Below, piece after piece: positions 9,945 through 18,880 of a stretch of DNA of 64,000 nt; within the stretch, counting starts at the first letter, position 1; each line of letters starts with the position of its first letter. The DNA is from an archaeon. Its GTDB lineage: Archaea; Aenigmatarchaeota; Aenigmatarchaeia; GW2011-AR5. Both the position numbers and the translations under genes were made by a program. Below the pieces are notes generated by a model. It was not told where the DNA came from. It made no database searches and saw only the letters and a program-made list of their open reading frames with translations. The stretch lies in assembly GCA_028279825.1 (NCBI GenBank), contig JANQNA010000003.1, positions 30,518 to 94,517 of the forward strand. The letters run 5' to 3'.

Positions 9945-10085
9945 TTGCTCACCAATTTTTGATAATGATATATCGCTCGGGGAATATTTAAAGATTAGAC
10001 CTCTTTTCTACGTGATGGTTCACCATTACACGATGAATCTTTTAATAGTAATAATAGTAATAGAGAATAAAGAATACGATACAAG

Positions 10086-10418
10086 ATGGAAAGCTATATA
10101 AATAGTAGTAATAATAGTAGTAATATGAAAGGAAAAATAGCTCGGATAATAGGACATTTGCAATTTGATGGATGGGTTGCCAATAAAAAACACGCCAGGG
10201 TATTTTTCTATGGAAATTCAAATAAGGATCTTATACATGAATTCGTTAAGGACGTGAGAGACGTTTTTGATTTAAACCCTACCATAAAAAAGGATGGTAA
10301 AATATGGAGAGTCTGCTGTCATAGTGCAAGTGTAGTGAGGGAATTGAATAGAATATCAAGTATGCCAAAAGGCACAGTGTCTCATTGGTTGAGAGGTGAT
10401 AGACGATGTCAAAAATGA
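10086..10418 (+). CDS. Hypothetical protein with low-complexity Ser/Asn N-terminus and weak LAGLIDADG-like resemblance
   Basis: The N-terminus is MESYINSSNNSSN. IARIIGHLQFDGWV ... NSNKDLIHEFVKDV resembles a degenerate LAGLIDADG helix pair. No other motif was recognised. Confidence 0.4.
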   Translation: MESYINSSNNSSNMKGKIARIIGHLQFDGWVANKKHARVFFYGNSNKDLIHEFVKDVRDVFDLNPTIKKDGKIWRVCCHSASVVRELNRISSMPKGTVSHWLRGDRRCQK

Positions 10419-10519
10419 AGTGCAGATTCTGTGGTTATAATTGGAACCCACGCAAGACAAACCCAGTTTCGTGCCCGAGATGTAAAAAGAGATTTGACTA
10501 TCCACGTAGTGTCATTTAA
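10406..10519 (+). CDS. 37-aa zinc-ribbon protein
   Basis: MSKMKCRFCGYNWNPRKTNPVSCPRCKKRFDYPRSVI has CxxC-x17-CxxC. A GGTGA Shine-Dalgarno sits 7 nt upstream. It overlaps the end of the preceding ORF by 13 nt. It is under 60 aa, so the ORF track does not list it. Confidence 0.5.
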   Translation: MSKMKCRFCGYNWNPRKTNPVSCPRCKKRFDYPRSVI

Positions 10520-11163
10520 CTCTTCTTACCGAAGGACTCTACAAAGTTGACCTTCTCTATAGGCTTTACGTATTCCAGAATTAATGTGCTTATCTTTTCC
10601 TTCAATTGTGGATGAATGGCCGAAGGAATATCCACTTCCTTTTCTTTTATTACAGGCGTCACATCTTTCGCACCGAAGTACTGAAGGATTGCCTTCACTT
10701 TATTATCATTCCCCTCTATCTTCTCCTTGACCTCTAAATGATATTTCAGAACATGACCGGCCAGAGGATTGTTAAAGTCCACTCTCACGCGCCCTGCGTC
10801 AACGCTCTGTATCCTTCCCTTCATACCGCCGAAGTCCACGATCATACCCTGTCTTGGCTCGACCTTCTGGTCCTTGAAAGCTTTTTTCGGGACAGTCCTG
10901 ACAAGCTTTGCATCCCTCTGCCCGAACCCATCCTCAGGTTTGATCTCAATATCCTTCTTATCCCCGACTTTCATGCCCATCAGAGCATTGTCAAGGCCTT
11001 TTATGAGAAAGTTAGCACCGATTATTACCGGTAGGTCAGCGTAAGTTATGTTAGGATTATGAATACCTTCCTTTTTGGCTACTTCTTCGTCTGTTAGATC
11101 AAAGATCTCGCCTGTCTCCAGTCTTCCGATATAACCTATCTTTACAAAGTCTCCTTTTTCCAT
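10516..11163 (-). CDS. FKBP-type peptidyl-prolyl cis-trans isomerase (SlyD-like long archaeal FKBP)
   Basis: FKBP fold with an inserted flap (DFVKIGYIGRLETGEIFD...GMKVGDKKDIEIKPEDGFG...VDFNNPLAGHVLKYHLEV). The probable start is MEKGDF. Confidence 0.8.
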   Translation of the reverse strand: MEKGDFVKIGYIGRLETGEIFDLTDEEVAKKEGIHNPNITYADLPVIIGANFLIKGLDNALMGMKVGDKKDIEIKPEDGFGQRDAKLVRTVPKKAFKDQKVEPRQGMIVDFGGMKGRIQSVDAGRVRVDFNNPLAGHVLKYHLEVKEKIEGNDNKVKAILQYFGAKDVTPVIKEKEVDIPSAIHPQLKEKISTLILEYVKPIEKVNFVESFGKKS

Positions 11164-11270
11164 ATCACTCAAACCCCTCTTGGACCACAATCTTTTTAAC
11201 TTCCATACATTACGTAACAATTACGGTGATAAGCTTATAAACCTTTTTGTTACTATTTAGTAGAACATAG

Positions 11271-11567
11271 GTGACACAAATGTTATTCAAAGTTGCAGAC
11301 GATTGGAAACAGAATCTTCCTCCTGAAGACGAGGTAAGAATGAACAACATAATCAAGAGAGTAGCAAAGCACAGAAACGCCTTCAGGGCATCTAAAGACG
11401 TTAAGGTGGCTCAGCTTTGGTGCGCTTTGCTTGAGATGGAGAAAAACCAGGAAAATACTTCTAAAGATATGAGAAAACTCAGAATGATAATTGAAGGCTT
11501 TGCTGATGTTATAAAAAGAGTAGAATCAGAAGACAAGAAACTGATAGAAAGCCTTGAAAAGTTCTGA
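11271..11567 (+). CDS. Hypothetical protein
   Basis: 98-aa ORF with a charged helical character and no recognised motif. Confidence 0.4.
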   Translation: MTQMLFKVADDWKQNLPPEDEVRMNNIIKRVAKHRNAFRASKDVKVAQLWCALLEMEKNQENTSKDMRKLRMIIEGFADVIKRVESEDKKLIESLEKF

Positions 11568-11572
11568 GTCAT

Positions 11573-11845
11573 ATGAGTTCAGGTATATCATTCCCAGCTA
11601 CACGTGCATGGTTGGCTTTTTCTATAAGGGGTTATCATGTTGAAAGGGAGAATGGCGGATGGACAGTTCTACATGATGCAATTGAAGTTACACATTATGA
11701 AAGATCAGACAGTGGGGGATTAAGTTTCCGGCTTTTTTCCCAGGATCCGGTAGTTAAGGAAATAGCAGATAGACTTGGAGAAAATGTAATTTATGCTTAT
11801 GCACATGGTTTGCAGGCATTTGGACAAGAAACATCTACTCCATGA
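11573..11845 (+). CDS. Hypothetical protein
   Basis: 90-aa ORF with no recognised motif. Confidence 0.35.
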   Translation: MSSGISFPATRAWLAFSIRGYHVERENGGWTVLHDAIEVTHYERSDSGGLSFRLFSQDPVVKEIADRLGENVIYAYAHGLQAFGQETSTP

Positions 11846-14645
11846 ATATTCCAAACTTGTTGGGTGAAGCTACTTTTGCTTTTTGATTTGTTGTCTTGTC
11901 GGCATCTATGATTTCTATCTTTGTGTTAGTTTCTCTCTGAAGAAATTCTTTTGCCTCCTTAAGAAGAATCAACTGCATGCTTTTTGTCATTACAGGTTTT
12001 AGCTCGTTAAGTTTTTTGTAAAGAGACTGGATAAACGACACAGTAGCCTTGCCGTAGGCCCCCGAGGACATTATCTCCTTGGTTATTGTATTCATGTTCT
12101 GATCTTTGTTCCTCAAAACCTTTTGATACACCCTGAACTTCCAGTCTTCTGCGATGAAGAGTATTATCTTCTTTGGCTTCATTTTCACGATTCTCTGAAG
12201 ATCTTCTATATCATTCAGAGTCTTTTTCAACATATCCTCACCCAGCTCAGCTTCATTACTCAGCCTTGTGCTGTCCCATTTCGGCCAGCCGGATATCATC
12301 TTCTTGTTGCCCAGATTGCTCCACATTTCCTCACAAACGTGCGGTGTGAACGGAGTTAGAAGCTTGACAATTACTCCCGTGTATTCCTTGATTACTTTCT
12401 TGTTCGCATTTTTCAGGTTGCCTGTCCTTCTCAAATACCACTTAAGATCCGAAGTGGCCTCGAATAGCGCGCTTTGCACGGCATCGCGGAACATCATTGA
12501 TTCCATTGATTTTGTCGTACTTTCTATAATTTTCTGCAGCTTGCCCTGCATGAACAGGTCAATATTCTCCATCTTCGTCTTCTTTGCCTTTTTCCAGTCT
12601 GTAGACAACTGAAACAGTGTATCATAGCGGTTCCTGTAAGCCTTTACTGATTCTTCTCTCCAGTCAGCATCATCAATTCCCTGGCTGGAACCAACCATGT
12701 TTATCCTTACCATGTCGGCACCGTGCTGCTCTAATAGGCTTTTCAGTGGTATTATGTTGCCCTTTGACTTGCTCATCTTTTCCCCTTCAACGTTGACGTA
12801 GCCGTTGACACTTATTCCATTTGGCCATTTTGCCCTTGGGAATAAAGCAATATGGTGGAACATGAAGAATGTAAGATGATTTTGTACAAGATCTTTCCCG
12901 CTGGATCTCATATCTACAGGATAGAAATATTCGAACTCTTTTCTGAGGTCTCTCAGAATCGAAAGCTTTAATTTTGAAGCTTTCGCCACCTTCTTTGTAT
13001 CACCCTTGCCTGTGAAAATAAAGTCAAACACTTCGTCTGTCAGCTTTTCCGGTTTTACCTTTTTTTCATTGATTATTCTCGCAAGTGTATAGTAAGCCAT
13101 GTAAATTGTTGAGTCACTCAACGTTTCAACAATCCATTCCCTGTCCCATGGAATAGGCGTGCCTAAACCACTCTTTCTCGCACATGCTTTGTCTCTTAAC
13201 CAGTCTATCGTGTTTTCAAAGTTGTTCCTGGCCTCTTCCGGGTAAATAGTCATTCTTGAAAGGTTTGTCCGTACATCTTTCTTCCATTCTTCGTCTGAAA
13301 ACTTCAGGAACCATTGATTTTCCAGAATCTTAACATGACAACGGGTATTACATCTGCACACAACTTCACCGACTTCCCACATGACATTTGCAACACCTTT
13401 TTCTATGAAATCCAGTGTTAGTTTCTCTTTTGATTCGTTAACTTTCGTTCCTGTATATTGTCCTGAATTTTTTACAGTTCCCGTATGGAATTCTTTCTTA
13501 TAGAGCAACGAAGTTGCTTCATCAAGCTTTTTCGTATCCGATAAGTCCTTTATACCCATTTGCTCACATAGCTCCACAGCAGGTAATTCACCAAACCCTT
13601 CAACCTCTATCACACTGACTGGTTCTATGTCCGTGCGTTGTGTGTTGTACAGCTGCAGTTCATCCTTGTCCATAAGCTCCATTAATGCGGCCCAGTCATA
13701 AGGCGCGTGAGCAGGCACGCTCATTACAACACCTGTGGCCGTATCTCCACCAACAAATTTTGAAGGAAGGATAGGAATCTCTCTGTTTGAAACAGGATCT
13801 ATGCATCTTTTACCAAAAAGTTCTTTCACGTCAAAATCACTGATAATTTCAACTTTCATCTGGTCCTTCAGTTTTTGCGCAGCTTCGTTGCTGATTATCC
13901 ATCTTTCCCCGTCCACATCTGCCTCGACGTAGTGAGTATCCGGATTCAGCCACATGTTCGTCACACCATATATTGTCTCCGGCCGAAGCGTAGCTGCCGG
14001 CAAGATGTAACCAAGATAAGTGAACTTAAGAAGTACATAGTCAACAGGGCTCTCTCCTTCTCCTATTAGCCTGTCGTGATCACCCGTTGGACTTAAGTCT
14101 TTAGGGCACCATACCACAGGGTGTGTTCCCTGTGTCACAAAACCTTTCTCCTTTAGAGTATTATATTGCCACTCGATAAATCGAGAATATGTAGGCGTGA
14201 GTGTTGTTGTGACGAATTTACGTCTCCAGTCTATGGACATACCGGCTGCCTCCAGCGTAGCGATCCATTTTTTTATGAAAAAGTGAACAAGATTCTTTGG
14301 GTCTTTCTTGAAACCTTCTATGTCCTTTTCTGTAGCCCCATACCCATGCATTGCCTGGATTTGTGATTCATCGCCATTGTTAAGTCTCTTGACGACACCG
14401 ATAATTGGCTCACCTGTCGCGTGAAAACCCTGTGGGAATAGAACATTGAACCCCTGCTGGCGTTTATAACGCGCATATACATCCGTGCGGAATGCCGAAT
14501 AACCATGACCAACGTGTGGGGGACCGTTTACGTAAGGATAAGGAAACGTGATAAAGAATTTTTTGCCTTTGGATACATTAGCCTCAAACATCTTGGCCTT
14601 TTTCCATTTCTTCTGCCACTTACTGTCAAACACTTTAAAATCCAT
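11835..14645 (-). CDS. leuS: Leucyl-tRNA synthetase (archaeal type)
   Basis: 936 aa with YPYVNGPPHVGHGYSAFRTDVYARYKRQQGFNVLFPQGFHATGEPI (the archaeal LeuRS HIGH region) and KMSKSKGN. Confidence 0.9.
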   Translation of the reverse strand: MDFKVFDSKWQKKWKKAKMFEANVSKGKKFFITFPYPYVNGPPHVGHGYSAFRTDVYARYKRQQGFNVLFPQGFHATGEPIIGVVKRLNNGDESQIQAMHGYGATEKDIEGFKKDPKNLVHFFIKKWIATLEAAGMSIDWRRKFVTTTLTPTYSRFIEWQYNTLKEKGFVTQGTHPVVWCPKDLSPTGDHDRLIGEGESPVDYVLLKFTYLGYILPAATLRPETIYGVTNMWLNPDTHYVEADVDGERWIISNEAAQKLKDQMKVEIISDFDVKELFGKRCIDPVSNREIPILPSKFVGGDTATGVVMSVPAHAPYDWAALMELMDKDELQLYNTQRTDIEPVSVIEVEGFGELPAVELCEQMGIKDLSDTKKLDEATSLLYKKEFHTGTVKNSGQYTGTKVNESKEKLTLDFIEKGVANVMWEVGEVVCRCNTRCHVKILENQWFLKFSDEEWKKDVRTNLSRMTIYPEEARNNFENTIDWLRDKACARKSGLGTPIPWDREWIVETLSDSTIYMAYYTLARIINEKKVKPEKLTDEVFDFIFTGKGDTKKVAKASKLKLSILRDLRKEFEYFYPVDMRSSGKDLVQNHLTFFMFHHIALFPRAKWPNGISVNGYVNVEGEKMSKSKGNIIPLKSLLEQHGADMVRINMVGSSQGIDDADWREESVKAYRNRYDTLFQLSTDWKKAKKTKMENIDLFMQGKLQKIIESTTKSMESMMFRDAVQSALFEATSDLKWYLRRTGNLKNANKKVIKEYTGVIVKLLTPFTPHVCEEMWSNLGNKKMISGWPKWDSTRLSNEAELGEDMLKKTLNDIEDLQRIVKMKPKKIILFIAEDWKFRVYQKVLRNKDQNMNTITKEIMSSGAYGKATVSFIQSLYKKLNELKPVMTKSMQLILLKEAKEFLQRETNTKIEIIDADKTTNQKAKVASPNKFGIFME

Positions 14646-14734
14646 AGTAAACTAATATCTGATTAGGTTTTAACCTTTAATTTATAGATTTGATATGGTA
14701 GATCAACACCCGAAAGGGTATTTATGAGACTATT

Positions 14735-14854
14735 GGGTTCGTAGCTCAGCTTGGATAGAGCATTAGCCTTCTATCTTCGGAAGAAAGCTAAGGGTCGCGG
14801 GTTCGAAAACTGTATGAGAGCTTTGCTCTCCGGTCGATTATCCCGTCGGGCCCA
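14735..14854 (+). tRNA. tRNA-Arg (anticodon TCT) with a 12-nt intron at 37/38 and a ~32-nt insert in the T-loop
   Basis: Acceptor GGGTTCG/CGGGCCC+A. D arm GCTC-AGCTTGGATA-GAGC. Anticodon stem TTAGC/GCTAA with loop CTTCTA|tcttcggaagaa|A. Exon nt 32-35 CTTC pair with the intron 3' end GAAG to give the 4-bp BHB helix. T stem GCGGG/CCCGT encloses TTCGAaaaCTGTATGAGAGCTTTGCTCTCCGGTCGAttat. A T-run follows. Confidence 0.8.
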
Positions 14855-14871
14855 CTTTTTTAATTGTGGGA

Positions 14872-16392
14872 TTAAGCACTATATTCAACTAATTCTTCAC
14901 TTTTTTTCCAAGGTTGTGAATGATTCACTGCTCTATTTTCATAAGTATAACCAAAATCAAATCCCTTACTTGAAACCAAGAATTGTTCTCCATTTCTATC
15001 AAATAATCCTCTTTCCCTAGCACCTTCTAAAAATGTTCTTTGTGCTCTGTAAACTTCATCCTGACATTGTAAGTGATATTCATCATCCCCGACCAACATT
15101 TGATTATATCTACAACCACCACCACAGGAAGTTGAAACATCACATGGTTCACAAGTATCATCGGCCACATCACTTACAAAAGTACTTCTCAATGAAGCAA
15201 AGTCTGGGGTCTCAAATATATTTCCAAATGGTTTTGTTTTTCCAATAGACCAATTGCATCCATATAGATCGCCGTTTGGAGCTATAGTTAATGTTGTCCC
15301 ATCTGTTGGATGGCAGTGAGCATATCTCGGATATGCATCAAAGGGTACCGAACCATCTTTTCTTATTAATCCTTTCGAAGCATGTGCTAAACTTTCTGTG
15401 AATTTTATTCCCTCAAACCTTGTTCTCTCTAGAGCACTTGCCATATCAGGTTTGGAAAGTACATCTATCACAGCTAAAATGTATGCAGCTTCGTTCTCTA
15501 TATTTTGCCCCTGTGTGCTAACTCCACCATAATTCCGAATCAAATTTATTCCATGAACAAAACCTCTTTCATACCATCCTCTCTGTTCCATTTCTTGTAT
15601 ATGTCTTTTAAGATCTCCTAAGCCAGCAATTCCTAAATTTTGTTTTGCCAAAACTCTTACATCCCTATCTAAAAGCTGGTCTATACCCCTTACAACCAAG
15701 TCATAACTTCCTCTATGAGAACCAGGTTTTCCCATTGGTCTTTGAGAATCATGTATTTCCTTGGATCCGTCTAGAGTTATATCAACCTCTGTTATTCTAT
15801 CTCTGTGCCTGGATAACAAATCCAAATACGCTTGATTGATTGTGGCCCCGCTTGTTATAACACTTACATAGTATCCTCTATTTTCAGCTAATTTAAGGAG
15901 GCCTTCATTAAGTTGAAAATTTGCTTGTTGTAGTGGCTCCCCTCCAAAAAGATTCAATGAAATTCTATCTGAAGGTAAGTCTCTGAATTCTCTATAAGCG
16001 CTAATTGCCCTATCTATTTCTCGTATATCTCCTTCTACCAATCTTTTTTTACCACCTTCACTTCTTACATCCTTTTCAAAACAATAAGTACAAGACAGTG
16101 GACATGACATAGTTTCTGTGATAAAGAATGTAGTTGGTCTGGATTCTTGCTTTTTTTCAGCAAATTCTCTCATCTTGTCTTTTTGAATTCTAATTGTATC
16201 TTGTGTATGAAAGAAATGATTAAGATCTGGGTTCAGTTCTCTATCTCTTTTTGAGAAACCCGTTTGAGAATTAAAATCTGTTGAATTAAAGGCATCAGGA
16301 TCAGCTACTAAAACCGAACCTCTTAGTTTATCAACTACAAAAGTATCATTCCCTGTTTCATATACTACGAAATTTCCTTGTTTTTGATCCAT
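14872..16392 (-). CDS. Radical SAM / SPASM-domain protein (peptide-maturase-like) with ~95-aa N-terminal extension
   Basis: CPLSCTYC (Cx3Cx2C) sits at residues ~97-104. The C-terminal SPASM cluster reads HCHPTDG...YGC ... CEPCDVSTSCGGGC. Confidence 0.8.
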   Translation of the reverse strand: MDQKQGNFVVYETGNDTFVVDKLRGSVLVADPDAFNSTDFNSQTGFSKRDRELNPDLNHFFHTQDTIRIQKDKMREFAEKKQESRPTTFFITETMSCPLSCTYCFEKDVRSEGGKKRLVEGDIREIDRAISAYREFRDLPSDRISLNLFGGEPLQQANFQLNEGLLKLAENRGYYVSVITSGATINQAYLDLLSRHRDRITEVDITLDGSKEIHDSQRPMGKPGSHRGSYDLVVRGIDQLLDRDVRVLAKQNLGIAGLGDLKRHIQEMEQRGWYERGFVHGINLIRNYGGVSTQGQNIENEAAYILAVIDVLSKPDMASALERTRFEGIKFTESLAHASKGLIRKDGSVPFDAYPRYAHCHPTDGTTLTIAPNGDLYGCNWSIGKTKPFGNIFETPDFASLRSTFVSDVADDTCEPCDVSTSCGGGCRYNQMLVGDDEYHLQCQDEVYRAQRTFLEGARERGLFDRNGEQFLVSSKGFDFGYTYENRAVNHSQPWKKSEELVEYSA

Positions 16393-16507
16393 ATTCCTTC
16401 ATCTATACAATTTTTTTCTTCAATGGCCCCATCCAACTTAGAATCCTAGATTTTATTTTTATGAGTTGAAATCATTCAAAGAAAACCGAAGTTAGAATTC
16501 ATAGTCT

Positions 16508-17413
16508 TTAAGCAGCCAACTTTGCCTGTGCCTTATGATGAGAGTGCATTCCCTTGAACTGTTGGAGACTGGTATCCATTGTATTTATGGCTCCAAGCAG
16601 CTCCCTTGAATTAAATGGCCCATCATAAGAACCTCCTTTTATTTCATCCTTTAAGTTGTAAATCTGATTAACAGCACAACCGGCACAACACCCAAGTTCG
16701 TCCCCAGATTTCCCAGTAAGATAACCTGCTACATCAATTACGTCAGTTTTTGCTTTCTCATAAATTCCAGTACTTACCGATTCAGCAACTTTTGATACGT
16801 ATTCCTTGGAAACATGATCTCCTTGTTGCAAGGTTGGCCCCGAAACACCCAATTCACTGCCAACTTGACTTTCACTGGAATAACCAATTGATTCAACGAC
16901 AGATTTATCTGGTTCTAAATTATTATCTAATTCACCCTCACTACGTTTAACAATACCCTCTTCCCAATTCAAACCATCATATGACATACCTTCTTCCCAA
17001 TCTAAACGATCATATGACAAACCATCTTCGGCTCTTTTTTCGTACGCTCCTTTCCCAATTCCTGAATACTGTAAATCGTCTGAATCTTTACCATAAGAAT
17101 CTCGTCTTTCTGAAGATTTGTAATCTTTTAGTCCCTCTTTTTCTTCACCCTCCTCGTCGTCATCTTCATTGTCATCATCTCCATCCAAGTCAAGATCTTT
17201 TTCATTACGTATTACAGAACCTGTTTCACCAGTGAGTAGCGCTTTGTTTAGCTCTACAAGAAAATCTTCTTCGGACCCCTCACTCCCCATTTCGATTATT
17301 TTTTCATCGTCAATTTCAATTTTATCCTCGTCCAGAGAAATATCTACAAGCTTCTTCTTTTTCATAGCACGAAGTATGTAGTTATTAAGTTTTATAGCTA
17401 TTGTTAATAACAT
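16508..17413 (-). CDS. Highly acidic repeat protein with C-terminal GCCAGC motif
   Basis: Asp/Glu-rich (DLDGDDDNEDDDEEGEE). It has tandem repeats GLSYDRLDWEEG / MSYDGLNWEEG and a C-terminal GDELGCCAGCAVNQ. The start may be Met17 (MKKKKL). Confidence 0.55.
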   Translation of the reverse strand: MLLTIAIKLNNYILRAMKKKKLVDISLDEDKIEIDDEKIIEMGSEGSEEDFLVELNKALLTGETGSVIRNEKDLDLDGDDDNEDDDEEGEEKEGLKDYKSSERRDSYGKDSDDLQYSGIGKGAYEKRAEDGLSYDRLDWEEGMSYDGLNWEEGIVKRSEGELDNNLEPDKSVVESIGYSSESQVGSELGVSGPTLQQGDHVSKEYVSKVAESVSTGIYEKAKTDVIDVAGYLTGKSGDELGCCAGCAVNQIYNLKDEIKGGSYDGPFNSRELLGAINTMDTSLQQFKGMHSHHKAQAKLAA

Positions 17414-17518
17414 TTTGCTTTTTTGACGAAAATATTAATATCGCGAAAAAAACGCATTCTAGTGATATTGGGTTTCGTTATTTTACATCTTCTTAAACAC
17501 AGTCAACAATTGTCATTA

Positions 17519-17689
17519 TGGCCAAAAATGACTATGAGGTTTCAGGTATTGCATTCGTAGGTTGTTTACTCCTGGGAATGGCAATAGGTATGCTCTATGG
17601 CGAGACAGCTGTTGGCATATTCGGCGGATTGGGCGTTGGTTTTATCGTTATGGCTCTTATAGAGCTCAAAATGAGAAAACAAGCTTAAT
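17519..17689 (+). CDS. Possible small (56 aa) Gly-zipper membrane protein
   Basis: MAKNDYEVSGIAFVGCLLLGMAIGMLYGETAVGIFGGLGVGFIVMALIELKMRKQA gives two predicted TM helices, immediately upstream of minD. Below the ORF-track size cutoff. Confidence 0.35.
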
Positions 17690-17714
17690 ATACTTTAATT
17701 GAGAAGTTTTAGTA

Positions 17715-18488
17715 TTGGGTGCGGTCATGACCAGAATAATAGGTGTTGTTTCAGGTAAAGGTGGTGTTGGTAAAACAACTATGGTTGCAAATCTTGGTAC
17801 AGCACTGGCAAAACTTGGAAAAGACGTCATAATTCTTGATGCAAATCTTACCACTCCTAGTCTGGGACTTCATCTTGGAGTTCCGTTATACCCTGTAACT
17901 CTTCATGATGTTCTGAAAGGGCACGCAGGAATTAAGGATGCTATCTACTCGCATGAAAGTGGATTAAGAATAATTCCTGCGGGTATATCACTCCGTGATA
18001 TGAGAGGCGTTGACTCTAAAGATCTACCTAATGCTCTGTTAGATCTGTTAGGCAGTGCAGAAATAATCCTTCTTGACGCTTCAGCAGGCTTTGGCCGTGA
18101 ATCCTTGGCAGCCATGGAAGCAGCCGATGAGATCTTGATAGTTACAAATCCTGAAATATCCGCTGTAACGGACGCATTGAAGGCTTCAAAGTTATCCGAA
18201 CAGCTTGGTACAAAAGTGACCGGTGTAATAGTAAACAGAGTTACCGGCAAGAAACACGAAATGAGTGAAAGGGATATTGTCGGGATGCTGGATACTGTAA
18301 ATCTTCTTGGTCAGGTCCCTGAGGACGTAAACGTTCAGCAGGCTGTATCAGGCAGGGTTCCTGTCATCAGATATTCCCCCAAGGCAAAGGCAAGTGGCAG
18401 AATAATGAATATAGCTGCTGAACTTGTAGGCCGTGATCCTGTATACAAGAGCACGCCATGGTACAAGAGGATGTTTCCTTTCAGATAA
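17715..18488 (+). CDS. minD: MinD/ParA-family P-loop ATPase
   Basis: Deviant Walker A GKGGVGKTT and a 257-aa MinD-like layout. Confidence 0.85.
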   Translation: MGAVMTRIIGVVSGKGGVGKTTMVANLGTALAKLGKDVIILDANLTTPSLGLHLGVPLYPVTLHDVLKGHAGIKDAIYSHESGLRIIPAGISLRDMRGVDSKDLPNALLDLLGSAEIILLDASAGFGRESLAAMEAADEILIVTNPEISAVTDALKASKLSEQLGTKVTGVIVNRVTGKKHEMSERDIVGMLDTVNLLGQVPEDVNVQQAVSGRVPVIRYSPKAKASGRIMNIAAELVGRDPVYKSTPWYKRMFPFR

Positions 18489-18552
18489 TTATGAAGAAAA
18501 AGAAGCGAAAGTCAGCTATTCGGGACATAACACCCATCCGTGGAAATTAGTT

Positions 18553-18870
18553 TTAACCGTATAACAAAATACCAAATATTATCAGGATTTCCATGAATAT
18601 CCACATACCGGCGGACAGTATAATCGGCCTGTCTTTATGAAAAAGCCCGTAATTCAACCAAAACATTGAAGTAAAAAGATAGGCCCCCCATGTTATGATG
18701 GATACACCGGATGCGTTTTTATTAATCCATATTTCTACAACTTGTGTTATAGTCATCAGAGGTCCGATAAAGACTATGAAATATATTATCCTGTCTATAA
18801 ACCTTTTTTTCACCGGCTTTACTTTTTGATGTTTTCTGTGATGATGTAGTCCATACAATTTATTGACCAT
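18553..18870 (-). CDS. Hypothetical small membrane protein (3 TM)
   Basis: Hydrophobic helices. The probable start is MVNKLYG. Confidence 0.45.
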   Translation of the reverse strand: MVNKLYGLHHHRKHQKVKPVKKRFIDRIIYFIVFIGPLMTITQVVEIWINKNASGVSIITWGAYLFTSMFWLNYGLFHKDRPIILSAGMWIFMEILIIFGILLYG

Positions 18871-18880
18871 AGCTAACACT

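Noticed and set aside
14872-17413. Idea that the rSAM/acidic-protein block is a compositionally distinct, horizontally acquired island.
   Set aside because: Spot GC counts over 60-nt samples (38-43 %) match the flanking leuS and minD regions. Only the tRNA adjacency remains as weak circumstantial support, so no compositional claim is made.
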